Source: a bacterium
Lineage (GTDB): Bacteria > Hinthialibacterota > Hinthialibacteria > Hinthialibacterales > Hinthialibacteraceae
Length of the DNA: 64,000 nt
Direction of reading: 5' to 3'
Assembly (NCBI GenBank): GCA_963662285.2
Contig: CAXXMV010000006.1
Location: 1,216,001-1,280,000 of the forward strand
The position numbers and the translations under genes were made by a program. Below the pieces are notes generated by a model that was not told where the DNA came from, did no database searches, and saw only the letters and a program-made list of their open reading frames with translations. The stretch's first letter is position 1. Each line of letters opens with the position of its first letter. Shown piece by piece: positions 46,972 through 57,115 of the stretch.

Positions 46972-49650
46972 ATGATAAGGCGATTTGTGGTTTTTATAGT
47001 ATCCGCATGCGTGGTTTTCTGGGCTTTGGCGTCTGGAGAATCGGCCTATCTATATTCTTCTGAAATCACTTTACATGATTTATTTGACGATGGCAAAAAA
47101 GTCTATGACGCCAAGGATATACTGCGCTTCAGTACACTGTGGATGCGTAACACCAAGCATACTGATGAAGGCGACCTTAATGGAGACGAAGTCGTTGATT
47201 TCCAAGACCTGATAGGTTTAACCAATGCATATAAAAATAATCTTGCGCCCAATTCGTTCTCTATAACCGATGCGACGCCAACGCCAACTCCAATGTTCGA
47301 TCCAAACGCTACTCCAACTCTGACGCCTACGCTTGATCCGAACGATACGCCAACGCCGACATTTGATCCCAACGCTACGCCAACGCCGACGTTTGACCCG
47401 GATGCTACGCCAACGCCGACGGTTGATCCGGATGCTACGCCGACGCCGACGGTTGATCCAAACGCTACGCCGACGTCGACGGTTGATCCGGATGCTACGC
47501 CGACGCCGACGGTTGATCCAAATGCTACGCCGACGTCGACGGTTGACCCGGATGCTACGCCGACGCCGACGCTTGATCCGGATGCTACGCCGACGCCGAC
47601 GGTTGATCCGGATGCTACGCCGACGTCGACGGTTGACCCGGATGCTACGCCTACGCCTACTCCGACTGTTGATCCGGATGCCACGCCGACTTCTACATCG
47701 GCTTCAGGCCCGACAAACACGCCCACGTCATATCCTACAGTTGCCATTCCGACGCCAGAAATTCCAACGCCGGGCATTCCACCGCCGGAGTTTGTCCGTC
47801 TATGGGAATTGCATCCTTCACTCTCGTTGTTTCGTAATGCGGTCTATCCTCCATCAGCCGATGGTTATGCCGCCAGTGAAGAGGGGTATGCGGTTATTGC
47901 GCCATTGTTAGATGGATCGAATTCATTTATCTCTATTGATCGGTTCGGGCGGATTTTTAACCGGAATCTGCCGATCTCATTATCAGATTATTCAGGATTA
48001 GCGTTGGTTGACGGACAAGCGTCGTTTGGCAAATTTTTTGAGTCGCCGGAAGATACCCGGCGTTTTCGTTTTGAATCTTTCACCATGGAAGCGATTGCCG
48101 GTGAGCTGCTAGACGTGGAGCATTTAGGCGCTGACGCCATTGACTGGTCGTTCTGTGGTTCAACCACTGGCGCCGCGATGGCGGTATTGCGCTACCCCAA
48201 CTTGATTGTAGTGCATCGCATCGGCGTTATTGGAGAATATCTGGGTCAGACGGAAATTATGACTGGAGACGATTTGCCCACTAATCCCCAGACTTTTCTT
48301 TGCGGCGTCAGTGGAGACTACATTGCGGTTTTGTATTCCAGGAATTTTGATTCCAGTAAAAGCACATCAACTCCGTTGAGTATCTGGATTTTGAATACCT
48401 CTGGTGAATTGCAAACCGAAGAACCTATTATTATCTCATTCGATATGATGATCGACCACATTGTTGGAGATGGCAATGGGACTTTTTATATTGTTTCCCG
48501 AAGTTCGTATGGTCCTAATCTGACCAGATTTACAAAGGATGGAATAATTGGCAACCGCGTTTTGCCGCATAGCGCAATCGTCGATATTCAATGGCAAGAC
48601 GATATGTTGTGGGTGCTGGATGGCGCCTCGCATGTTATGTGGGGTTATAACGAGGAAGGCATTTTGCGCAATGGCCCGGTTTCTCTATTTCCACCGGGAT
48701 GGACCCAGGCGCCGAAATGGCTGCAATTAAAAAAGAGCGGCGCCGATTTGGGGGCTTTTTTCACTGACTTGAACACGCAAAGCACAGTGCATTATATGCA
48801 GATCGAATCGGGTATGATGGCCACGCCTACGCCGCTGCCTGCTCCGGGCGTACCAACCGGCGTGACTGCTACGGTTGAAATTGGTGATGATCTTTTAATT
48901 GATATGATCAAAATCGCACGCGGAGTATATACCTGTGGAAGCCCTGATTCTGAGTCGGGGCGTCGTCCTAATGAAGGGCCAGAGCATACTGTGACTCTAA
49001 CTCAGGATTTCTTCATCAGCAGGACTGAGATCACCAACCAGCAATACCATGCTTTTAATCCGGGTAAGCAGGCGCCAAATTATGGTGGATTGGATTTAGG
49101 TCTTGATGATATGCCCATTGTTGGAATATCTTGGGATGACGCCAATGATTTCTGCGAGTGGCTTAGTGCAACAACTGAATTTACTTTCTCGCTGCCGACC
49201 GAGGCTGAATGGGAATACGTAGCCCGTGCGGGCAGCACGACGCGGCGTCCCTGGGGGGATGATCTCGGAAACCTGGAAGTATGCGCGCATACCAACAGCG
49301 CTGATGTCAGCGCGGCGTCTGCCTATACAGATATCGAAGTGAGTCATAATTATTCAAACTGTGATGATGGTTACATCGGTCCGGCGCCGGTTGCATCGTT
49401 TCCCGCCAATGAATTCGGCGTCTACGATATGTTAGGTAATGTGCGCGAATGGTGCTATGACTGGTTTGAGAGATATGATGGCAGTTCTTTGACTGATCCC
49501 AGCGGCCCGGGTAGTGGGAAATCACGCATCATACGGGGCGGCTCATGGAAAGACGGCCCTGATGTGATCCGTTGCGCCTACCGTAGTGGACGCCCGCCTG
49601 ATGAAACAGATGCAAATTTAGGATTCAGGGTGGTGATTCGCGAGGATTAG
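46972..49650 (+). CDS. Secreted SUMF1/FGE-sulfatase domain protein with EF-hand/dockerin-like N-terminus and Pro/Thr repeat linker
   Basis: GDLNGDEVVDFQDL, (V/F)DP(D/N)ATPT(P/S)T repeats, LPTEAEWEYVARAG, YDMLGNVREW, RGGSW and LGFRVV. Confidence 0.85.
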   Translation: MIRRFVVFIVSACVVFWALASGESAYLYSSEITLHDLFDDGKKVYDAKDILRFSTLWMRNTKHTDEGDLNGDEVVDFQDLIGLTNAYKNNLAPNSFSITDATPTPTPMFDPNATPTLTPTLDPNDTPTPTFDPNATPTPTFDPDATPTPTVDPDATPTPTVDPNATPTSTVDPDATPTPTVDPNATPTSTVDPDATPTPTLDPDATPTPTVDPDATPTSTVDPDATPTPTPTVDPDATPTSTSASGPTNTPTSYPTVAIPTPEIPTPGIPPPEFVRLWELHPSLSLFRNAVYPPSADGYAASEEGYAVIAPLLDGSNSFISIDRFGRIFNRNLPISLSDYSGLALVDGQASFGKFFESPEDTRRFRFESFTMEAIAGELLDVEHLGADAIDWSFCGSTTGAAMAVLRYPNLIVVHRIGVIGEYLGQTEIMTGDDLPTNPQTFLCGVSGDYIAVLYSRNFDSSKSTSTPLSIWILNTSGELQTEEPIIISFDMMIDHIVGDGNGTFYIVSRSSYGPNLTRFTKDGIIGNRVLPHSAIVDIQWQDDMLWVLDGASHVMWGYNEEGILRNGPVSLFPPGWTQAPKWLQLKKSGADLGAFFTDLNTQSTVHYMQIESGMMATPTPLPAPGVPTGVTATVEIGDDLLIDMIKIARGVYTCGSPDSESGRRPNEGPEHTVTLTQDFFISRTEITNQQYHAFNPGKQAPNYGGLDLGLDDMPIVGISWDDANDFCEWLSATTEFTFSLPTEAEWEYVARAGSTTRRPWGDDLGNLEVCAHTNSADVSAASAYTDIEVSHNYSNCDDGYIGPAPVASFPANEFGVYDMLGNVREWCYDWFERYDGSSLTDPSGPGSGKSRIIRGGSWKDGPDVIRCAYRSGRPPDETDANLGFRVVIRED
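47270..47700 (+). repeat. Coding tandem repeat, ~30-bp units (VDPDATPTPT)
   Basis: About a dozen in-frame GTTGAYCCRRAYGCTACGCCGACGYCGACG units. Confidence 0.9.
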
Positions 49651-49680
49651 AATTGTTTTCTTATTATGCCGAATAAGCAA

Positions 49681-49718
49681 GTCCCCTCTCGCGGCGGGAG
49701 AGGGCTAGGGTGAGGGGG
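49681..49718 (-). repeat. BoxC-like palindromic repeat
   Basis: GTCCCCTCTCGCGGCGGGAGAGGGCTAGGGTGAGGGGG is the reverse complement of the 10073 family. Confidence 0.7.
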
Positions 49719-49800
49719 AATTATAGGGTGCGCCTCTCTTGGGCGCCTTGTATGACGTATTAATCATTGATGACAAAAAGCCCCTTTTCAATCAGGTTAA

Positions 49801-50007
49801 GGGTAAGGCGGGTGGCAAGGGCAGTGTATTTTCTGCCCTTGATTGAGTTCACCTCATTTATTTCCATAGTTTTTATCAACAATCCACGTTGAAGGTAGAA
49901 TGAAATTCAATTTTTTGTGCTTGTAAATGGATTATAAATAATCAAGGTTCTTTTTGTTTTTCCAAAGTTTTCAGTCAAGGGCAGAAAGGACACTGCCCTT
50001 GGCACCC
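49801..50007. repeat. Inverted pair of array-core hairpins (REPIN/MITE-like)
   Basis: 49801-49843 matches the reverse complement of an array unit at 41/43 nt; 49974-50007 is a plus-strand copy; about 130 bp of AT-rich spacer lies between them. Confidence 0.7.
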
Positions 50008-50201
50008 ATATTGATCTATTCATAGCAATTAATTCTGTCAAAACTTGTGGGTAAAGATCAGACCTTCGGGAGGGCTATAGTAAGGACGAATAAAAAAAAT
50101 CATCACCCGGCATAAAAAATTGGTCACATGTTTGTATAACCTATAACGAATAATCGATCCATATAGAAATATATTTACTGATGAATGATAAAAAAAAACA
50201 T

Positions 50202-50239
50202 TTGACAGCGTCTTAACTGTATGGTAAGATGTCATACAG
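50202..50239 (+). promoter_or_regulatory. Sigma70 promoter overlapped by a palindromic GntR (YtrA-type) operator
   Basis: TTGACA (50202-50207), 17-bp spacer, TG-n-TAAGAT (50225-50230). The palindrome CTGTATG-N9-CATACAG (50217-50239) straddles the -10 element. Confidence 0.7.
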
Positions 50240-50253
50240 ATAAGGCAAGGATC

Positions 50254-50649
50254 ATGTTGATGGATATCCGGATTAATTACAATAGCGGCGAGCCGATTTG
50301 TAGTCAGGCTATTGCGCAGATCAAGTTTAAGGTGGTCAGCGGCGAGCTGCGCACTGGCGATAAACTGCCTTCGATCCGTGAACTGGCCAAGTCCTTGAAG
50401 ATTAACCCCACTACAGTATCCCGCATATATTCGGAACTGGCCAACCAGGGAATCATCACGTTGCGCCAGGGGCAGGGGGCGTTCGTATCGGATATGAAGG
50501 TGCGGCTGTCATCCCAAGAGGTGAAGCGTTTGATGCAGGATCATGTGCGCAAGACGCTGGTTGAGGGATTGCGCCTGGGAATGGATATGGATGAGATCAT
50601 CGACATGATGCAGGCGGAGCATAAGAAAATTACGAAAAGCGGGCGGTGA
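50254..50649 (+). CDS. GntR family (YtrA-like) transcriptional regulator
   Basis: GDKLPSIRELAKSLKINPTTVSRIYSEL...QGQGAFV. Start moved to 50254/50260 because the ORF-track start lies inside the promoter. Confidence 0.9.
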   Translation: MLMDIRINYNSGEPICSQAIAQIKFKVVSGELRTGDKLPSIRELAKSLKINPTTVSRIYSELANQGIITLRQGQGAFVSDMKVRLSSQEVKRLMQDHVRKTLVEGLRLGMDMDEIIDMMQAEHKKITKSGR

Positions 50650-50652
50650 TAT

Positions 50653-51576
50653 ATGATCGAGACGCGGGGGCTTACCAAGACTTTTAATAAGAACGTCGCC
50701 GTATGTATGTTGGATCTGAAGGTCAAAGCGGGTTCAATTCATGGCTTTCTAGGGATGAACGGAGCGGGGAAGAGCACCACTATCCGCACTGTAATGGGGC
50801 ATCTTCACCCCAGCGCCGGGCAAGTGCTGACGTTGGGGAGCAATCCCTGGAAGCATAGCGAAGAACAGCGCCGTCGGGTGGCTTATGTTTCGGAAAATAT
50901 GGAGATACCTGGTTGGATGACTCCACGGAATGCAGTGCAGTTCCGTTCGGCGTTTTATCCTGAGTGGAATCATGAACTATGCCGGATGTTATTAACGGAT
51001 TTTGGACTAATCGTTGATACGGCGTTCCACGCGCTTTCTAAGGGGAAGAAGCGGTTGTTGTGCATCCTGTTGGCTCTGTGTCAAAACGCTGATCTTTTAA
51101 TAATGGATGAACCAGCTTCGGGATTGGATGTAGTCGCCCGGCGTGAGTTGCTGGATAGGATTCTGGATATCGCCTGTGACGGAAGACGTACGGTATTTAT
51201 CTCTTCCCACCTGCTCAGCGATTTGGAACGTGTGGTGGATCAGGTTACATTGATCAGCCGGGGGACGAAATTAATTGATGGCGGCTTGGATCAGTTGAAG
51301 CAATCGATCCGCGAGATTCATATTTCCGGTAGTTTCGAGCAAACTGATTTTGAGCAATATTTTCAGACGCTTCAGTTCAAGCGCAATGATAACGGCGTTG
51401 ATGCAATCATCGCTGATTATGATGAAGCAAGATTCAGCGCGTTCTGCGCAAAATTCAGTTGTGGGGATACTGCGCAGGTTAATGGATTTAATCTGGAAGA
51501 TTTATTCGTGACGCTGGAGCAAAACCGCGCTGGATTGATTAACGCAGATATGGAGGAATCCACTGATGATGCGTGA
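50653..51576 (+). CDS. ABC transporter ATP-binding protein (YtrB-like)
   Basis: Walker A GMNGAGKST, signature LSKGKK, Walker B LLIMDEP and SSHLL. Confidence 0.9.
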   Translation: MIETRGLTKTFNKNVAVCMLDLKVKAGSIHGFLGMNGAGKSTTIRTVMGHLHPSAGQVLTLGSNPWKHSEEQRRRVAYVSENMEIPGWMTPRNAVQFRSAFYPEWNHELCRMLLTDFGLIVDTAFHALSKGKKRLLCILLALCQNADLLIMDEPASGLDVVARRELLDRILDIACDGRRTVFISSHLLSDLERVVDQVTLISRGTKLIDGGLDQLKQSIREIHISGSFEQTDFEQYFQTLQFKRNDNGVDAIIADYDEARFSAFCAKFSCGDTAQVNGFNLEDLFVTLEQNRAGLINADMEESTDDA

Positions 51577-52252
51577 ATTAATGCTCTTTGAATTGCGGAA
51601 AACTTGTTTGTTATATACAGCGTCGCTGCTGGTGTTATTTGGATACATTCTTTTTCGTCCGTCACCACATGGATTTCTTGATTTGATACTTGTGTTTATA
51701 GCGTTTGTACATGGCGCGTTGATTGGTGGAAAGATATTTTATGATAAAAGATGCACCCAGGCATTTATATTTACGCTTCCGCTCACTAAAGCAAGATTGT
51801 TTGTATATAGATTTATTTATGGCATTCTTTTGATAACCATATCTATATTCATTATTCTTGTTCTATTAGCCAGTGGGATGAGAAATGTACTACAGCAATC
51901 ATTGGATTCTCTATATTTTCCTTATGTAATATGGTATGAGTTTCGAGTTTTATATCAGATTATGCTGTGTACATTTTTTGGATATTTATTTGGAATGCAC
52001 ACAATAATCCATGCGCAATTAGCAAATTATATTGAAAAGAATTTTTCTAAATATCACAATTTATTCATATTCTCTTTGATGAGTTATCATATCATAATGA
52101 ATGTTATTACCTTGACGAGTTTATTTAAATTAGAATCTGTAGTAAAAATCGTGGTGAATGATATGTTTTATATACCATTTTTGTTAGTAGTATTATTGTT
52201 TAGTGTATGTATGCCATTTTACTTCTATCAACATTTCGAAATAGATTCATGA
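51566..52252 (+). CDS. ABC-2-type permease-like membrane protein, copy 1
   Basis: About 6 TM helices, FELRK start and FIFTLPLTKARLF motif; overlaps the end of the ATPase gene. Confidence 0.7.
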   Translation: MMRELMLFELRKTCLLYTASLLVLFGYILFRPSPHGFLDLILVFIAFVHGALIGGKIFYDKRCTQAFIFTLPLTKARLFVYRFIYGILLITISIFIILVLLASGMRNVLQQSLDSLYFPYVIWYEFRVLYQIMLCTFFGYLFGMHTIIHAQLANYIEKNFSKYHNLFIFSLMSYHIIMNVITLTSLFKLESVVKIVVNDMFYIPFLLVVLLFSVCMPFYFYQHFEIDS

Positions 52253-52283
52253 TACTTCTGAAATATTACTACGAGGAAATGTA

Positions 52284-54338
52284 ATGAAAAACGATTCATC
52301 TATTCGAGAGAAACTATCCTGGATTCCATATTGCATCTGGGTAATACCTGTGTTGATTTTTTTTGTATATTATTTGAATTACTATTTAAATAACTGGCAG
52401 GCTTCATCAATAGCCAAAAGAGTTTCTGCTGGTTCTCTTGTGAATTATTACAATAAGGCTGATTCGGGAATTGAACTTATTAGAATAATTGATAATGGGA
52501 TTATAACCGGGATAGATGTTTATTGTAATGATGTTTATCTGGGGAAAACCCCAATAGAAATAACTACTAAAGAATTCGTTGAGAAAGTTCCTAAATGGAA
52601 TAAGCCACCACGTCAAACAAGTATAAATACATCTTATTTGAATTTTGTATTGCCTACTGTAATTACAAAATTTGATGGATTATTAATGAGTTACTCGCCA
52701 TGCGATCCATTATCTTCTTATACGAATAGATTTAAGTATGATAAAAATAAAAACTTGAAATGTTTTTACTGGTTTAATTTTGAGAAGGATGGCTGCAAAG
52801 GAGTAGAAGGAAATAGAGCCCTTAGTTCTGGATATGGTAAACTTAGAACATATACTCCAGACGTTTATTTCTTGTCATCGAAAAAGCATTTAGAGACTCT
52901 TCTGTTTGCATTGCGACAAAGAGAATATAAGCCAGATAAAGCATGGCTGGATCATTTCTGGCTCTATAGCAGTTTGCTTTCTAATGAATTGGTTTGGAAA
53001 TCAAAAAATGACGTACATTTAAGAAACACTGTTAATACTATTGTCCACGCTGAGTTCAATATCCATGACGGGATGAGTCAAGCAGAATGCTTTCGGGTCG
53101 TAGATGCGATTATGGATCGATCTGAAAAATCCGGTTCTTTCATTATACCTTCAGTTGAATCGTATGCGTTGGAAATAGTTGCGCCGAAGGTATTGGATTA
53201 CATCTGTGAACAATATAAATATCTTTTTGATGGATTAAGAAACTTGTGGACTAGACGGGATGGAAACATACCTATCGATAACTTTTATTACTATTATAGC
53301 CTGGAAGGGATAGATGCAAGAATATTGCCATTAGTACACGCAATATTCAATTATCATCCACCACAAATATTCAATCACCTGGTTTATAATTATTCGCATA
53401 AGAAAGATGAAAACCTTCTGTTACTCGTAGGCAATTATCCCAAAAATAATGCTTTACGTTTGGTGAAACTACATTTTGAAAATGTAGTTATGAAAAACCA
53501 ATTTGTTACTTCGACATTATTTAAATCATTCAAAGAAATACATAATCCAGATATCACACTATGGATGGCGCAAACAATAGAAAAGCATACAACAAATAAA
53601 TATTATAGCGAATTAAGAGAATTCTTTGAAACGCGTTTCAGGTATCCGAAAGATAAAAAAGAAGATTTGATCAACTATGTCTATAGTTCGAAATTACCTA
53701 ATGAATATAAAATTAGAATGCTTGCGAGAATCAAACATAAAGAATCCTATGAAGATGCTATGTCCATTGTAAAACTAAACCCTAAAAATGAATGGACTTT
53801 AATATCTTACTTATCTCATAATCCTAATCCACATTTTGAACCGTTTCTGCTGGAAACACTTGATAAGCAATATGAAAATTTAGAGATAGATAGAATTAGC
53901 TCTTCATTATTCCGGGCGTTGATTAAATGCGATACAGCAAAAACCCGTGAGGCTGTATTGGATAAATGGAATGAAAATATTCTTATTATCAATAAGAATA
54001 TAATTCGTGAGTTATCCAGTCTTAATTGGGGTGATCCCGTATTGACGCAGTGGACGCCGATACTATCAGATATAGAAGATAACGAGTTGAGAGTAATTGC
54101 GGTTGAAGCGTTAGCCAGGACTGAAACTACCCAGTCGTGGGAGGTGCTTAATAAATGGTTGGAAGATGTAAATGATGCCGTAAGTTATGCGGCTCTTAAA
54201 GCAATAACGGATTATACGAAACTTAAAAATCAGGCTCAGGCGCTGATAAATGGCCAAATTCGACCGGATGACTTGCTGTCTCCGGCTGTTCCTTACGTGT
54301 GGAATGGAAAAGATTACGTAAAGGAGTCCGCCCGATGA
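52284..54338 (+). CDS. Membrane-anchored protein with PEGA-like and HEAT-like regions, copy 1
   Basis: N-terminal TM, GIDVYCNDVYLGKTPIEI (PEGA-like) and C-terminal AVEALART...AALKAI helical repeats; paralog of 55039-57063. Confidence 0.65.
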   Translation: MKNDSSIREKLSWIPYCIWVIPVLIFFVYYLNYYLNNWQASSIAKRVSAGSLVNYYNKADSGIELIRIIDNGIITGIDVYCNDVYLGKTPIEITTKEFVEKVPKWNKPPRQTSINTSYLNFVLPTVITKFDGLLMSYSPCDPLSSYTNRFKYDKNKNLKCFYWFNFEKDGCKGVEGNRALSSGYGKLRTYTPDVYFLSSKKHLETLLFALRQREYKPDKAWLDHFWLYSSLLSNELVWKSKNDVHLRNTVNTIVHAEFNIHDGMSQAECFRVVDAIMDRSEKSGSFIIPSVESYALEIVAPKVLDYICEQYKYLFDGLRNLWTRRDGNIPIDNFYYYYSLEGIDARILPLVHAIFNYHPPQIFNHLVYNYSHKKDENLLLLVGNYPKNNALRLVKLHFENVVMKNQFVTSTLFKSFKEIHNPDITLWMAQTIEKHTTNKYYSELREFFETRFRYPKDKKEDLINYVYSSKLPNEYKIRMLARIKHKESYEDAMSIVKLNPKNEWTLISYLSHNPNPHFEPFLLETLDKQYENLEIDRISSSLFRALIKCDTAKTREAVLDKWNENILIINKNIIRELSSLNWGDPVLTQWTPILSDIEDNELRVIAVEALARTETTQSWEVLNKWLEDVNDAVSYAALKAITDYTKLKNQAQALINGQIRPDDLLSPAVPYVWNGKDYVKESAR

Positions 54339-55009
54339 TGTGTAAATTAATGCTCTTTGAATTACGGAAGACTTATTGGTTATATACAGCATCGCTGCTG
54401 GTGTTATTTGGATATATCCTGTTTCGTTCGCAACCTCATGGTGTACATGATATGGCGCTGTGGGTGATATCCATTTTGCATGGCTATGTGATAGGCGCCA
54501 GGATTTTTCATGACAACAGCCGTACCCAGGCATTTGTGTTTACCTTACCGCTTACTAAAACAAGGTTGTTCTCTTATAGGCTTATGTTCGGGATAATTTT
54601 GTTAACCATATCAACAAGTATTATTCTTGTTCTTCTAGCCAGTGGGATGAGAAATGTACTACAGCAAGATTTAAGTTCACCCTATTTTCCTTATGTTATG
54701 TGGTATGAGTTGCGAGTTCTGATACCGGTCATTTTCTATTCCTTTTTTGGATTTGCTTTTGGAATGTACACAATGATTGATGCGCAATTATTTATGTATC
54801 TTAAGAACTTTAAAAATTATCCCAACATATTTAAGTTTTTGATAATTATTTATTCCTGCCTTATTTGTCCTTTATTTTTTATGATTTTATGGGGGAGAGC
54901 AACAACGGTCAGAAATGATATGTTTCTTATCTCAATTGTCTTTTCATTATCAATATACTGTATTTGCGTCTGTTTGTACTTTTACCAACAATTAGAAATT
55001 GATTCCTGA
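54335..55009 (+). CDS. ABC-2-type permease-like membrane protein, copy 2
   Basis: ATGA overlap at 54335-54338; shares LMLFELRKT..LYTASLLVLFGYILFR and LASGMRNVLQQ with copy 1. Confidence 0.7.
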   Translation: MMCKLMLFELRKTYWLYTASLLVLFGYILFRSQPHGVHDMALWVISILHGYVIGARIFHDNSRTQAFVFTLPLTKTRLFSYRLMFGIILLTISTSIILVLLASGMRNVLQQDLSSPYFPYVMWYELRVLIPVIFYSFFGFAFGMYTMIDAQLFMYLKNFKNYPNIFKFLIIIYSCLICPLFFMILWGRATTVRNDMFLISIVFSLSIYCICVCLYFYQQLEIDS

Positions 55010-55038
55010 TATTTCTGAATTTTTTAATAAGAGGAATA

Positions 55039-57063
55039 ATGATGAAACATAATATTATTGTTCGAAAGAGTTTTTTCTGGCTGCCTTTTGCAGTTTTGAT
55101 TATAACAATATTTTTTTATCCCGTTTATCAATTTTATATAAACCACTTTAGTGAACCTGAAAGCATAATAAAAATAATTGATAATGGTTATGTATCGGGG
55201 ATCGATGTGTATTGCAATGGTGTTTATTTAGGGCAAACTCCAATAGAAATAACTAAAAAAGAGTTTGAGAATAAAGTTCCTAAATGGGATGCTCCACCGC
55301 GTCAACCAAGACTAAAACTTTTTCGTTCGTTGGTTGAAACGCCTATTGCGATTCCAGATTATCCTGGATTATTGATGAGTTATTCCCCTCGTAATCTGAT
55401 GCCTGATGATCAAAGAGATGATATTATGCATTTTCTCTATGATGGAAATCATGAACAATTTTTGAATAATTTTTCTTATTGGTTCAATTTTAAGAAATAT
55501 AGATGCGCAGGAGTCACAGGAATAAGAATTGAGAGTATGAGTAGTTTCGGATTTGAAAAACGTATGACTTATGAATATTATCCTCAGGTAGAATTTTTAT
55601 CACAACAAGAGCATTTAGAGACTCTTCTGTTTGCATTACGCCATTCTGAATATAAACCTGACAAGGCATGGGTGGAGCATGTCCGGCGTTATAGCGGTTT
55701 GCTTTTCAAGGAATTAGTTTGGCAGTCCAATAAAGATGAACGCTTAAAAGATGCTGCAGATGCAATCGTCCGTGCCGAGTTCAATATACAGGAGGGGATG
55801 AATCAAGCCGAATGCATCCGGGTGGTTGATGACATTATGGCTCGATCAGAAAAATCCGGTTCTTTTTTAATACCTTCGCTTGAATCTTATGCTATGGAAA
55901 TGGTTGCTCCTCAGGTGTTGGAATATATCTGCGAACAATATAAAGAATTTTTCAGATCAAAGCAACCATCGAGTAGAAGAGGCGTATATATGACCGATGA
56001 TAAACTACTAAACTTTTACCGCCTTGAGGGGAAATTAGCCAGAAAATTGCCCTTGGAATATGCCATCCTAAAATATCATCCCCCGCAAATATACAATTAC
56101 CTGGTTTATAATTTTTCGCAGTTGGAAGAACAAAATCTCCTTCGGCTAATCGGCAATTATCAACACAATAAATCTGCTAGTTTGGTGAAACAATATTTTG
56201 AAAAGAAACTGAATGAAGAACGATTTAACCGAAATTTTTCATTCAATCTATTCAGGCAATTGTATAATCCCAAACTTACGGATTGGATGCGGAATACAAT
56301 AGAAATGCATAGTCCGAATAGCAGGGTATCTGAGTTAAAAGTTTTTTTTGAGTCGCGAATTAATGATCCAAATTATTCTAAAACAGATTTGACTAATGAT
56401 ATTGGGCGATCAAATATGAATGAAAACGACAAAATACAACTTCTTTCAAAAATCAAAGTTCCAAAATCATATTCTAATGCTAGACATATTTTGATGAATA
56501 ATCCTACAGGGGAAGAATATTTGATCAATCTTTTATCCAAAAATCCCAATCCCCATTTTGAACCGTTTTTGCTAGAAACACTTGATAAGCAATATCGAAC
56601 TTTAGAGATTAAAAGAATTAGTTCCTCTTTATTTGGAGCGTTGATTAAATGTGACACAGCAAAAACCCGTGAGGCCATATTGGATAAATGGAATGAAAAT
56701 ATTCTCGGAATCAACAAGACAATAATTCATGAGTTATCTCAACTAGAATGGGGCGACCTAATCTTGACGCATTGGACTCAGATGTTGACCACTACCCAAG
56801 AAAGCAAATCAAGAGTGATGGCTGTTGAAGCGCTAGCTCGGACTGATACCCCTCAATCGTGGAAGGTTATCTATGAATGGTCGGGCGATGAGGATAAAGC
56901 CATTCGTGAGGCGGCTCTGAATGAGATAAACGATTATAAAGAACGCAAAAATCAGGCTCAGGCTCTCATAAAAGGAGAAATTCAACCGGATGACTTGCTG
57001 CCTCCGGCTGTTCCTTACGTGTGGAATGAAAAAGATTACGTAAAGGAGTCCACCGGAGGTTGA
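55039..57063 (+). CDS. Membrane-anchored protein with PEGA-like and HEAT-like regions, copy 2
   Basis: Shares HLETLLFALR, RSEKSGSF, NPNPHFEPFLLETLDKQY, ALIKCDTAKTREA and PAVPYVWN-x-KDYVKES with copy 1. Confidence 0.65.
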   Translation: MMKHNIIVRKSFFWLPFAVLIITIFFYPVYQFYINHFSEPESIIKIIDNGYVSGIDVYCNGVYLGQTPIEITKKEFENKVPKWDAPPRQPRLKLFRSLVETPIAIPDYPGLLMSYSPRNLMPDDQRDDIMHFLYDGNHEQFLNNFSYWFNFKKYRCAGVTGIRIESMSSFGFEKRMTYEYYPQVEFLSQQEHLETLLFALRHSEYKPDKAWVEHVRRYSGLLFKELVWQSNKDERLKDAADAIVRAEFNIQEGMNQAECIRVVDDIMARSEKSGSFLIPSLESYAMEMVAPQVLEYICEQYKEFFRSKQPSSRRGVYMTDDKLLNFYRLEGKLARKLPLEYAILKYHPPQIYNYLVYNFSQLEEQNLLRLIGNYQHNKSASLVKQYFEKKLNEERFNRNFSFNLFRQLYNPKLTDWMRNTIEMHSPNSRVSELKVFFESRINDPNYSKTDLTNDIGRSNMNENDKIQLLSKIKVPKSYSNARHILMNNPTGEEYLINLLSKNPNPHFEPFLLETLDKQYRTLEIKRISSSLFGALIKCDTAKTREAILDKWNENILGINKTIIHELSQLEWGDLILTHWTQMLTTTQESKSRVMAVEALARTDTPQSWKVIYEWSGDEDKAIREAALNEINDYKERKNQAQALIKGEIQPDDLLPPAVPYVWNEKDYVKESTGG

Positions 57064-57115
57064 TGAAATCGTATTGTCTGCCTAAAATATCAACTTGTGA
57101 AAAACGCTTCAAAAT

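Noticed and set aside
47103-47911. VGVGVASGST and poly-Arg ORFs
   Set aside because: Alternative-frame and antisense shadows of the Pro/Thr linker repeat.
48900-49650. Diversity-generating retroelement at the FGE domain
   Set aside because: No reverse transcriptase, Avd or template repeat is visible in the window.
50221-50253. N-terminal extension of GntR given by the ORF track
   Set aside because: It overlaps the predicted -10 element and operator; a start at 50254/50260 has an AAGG/AGGA RBS.
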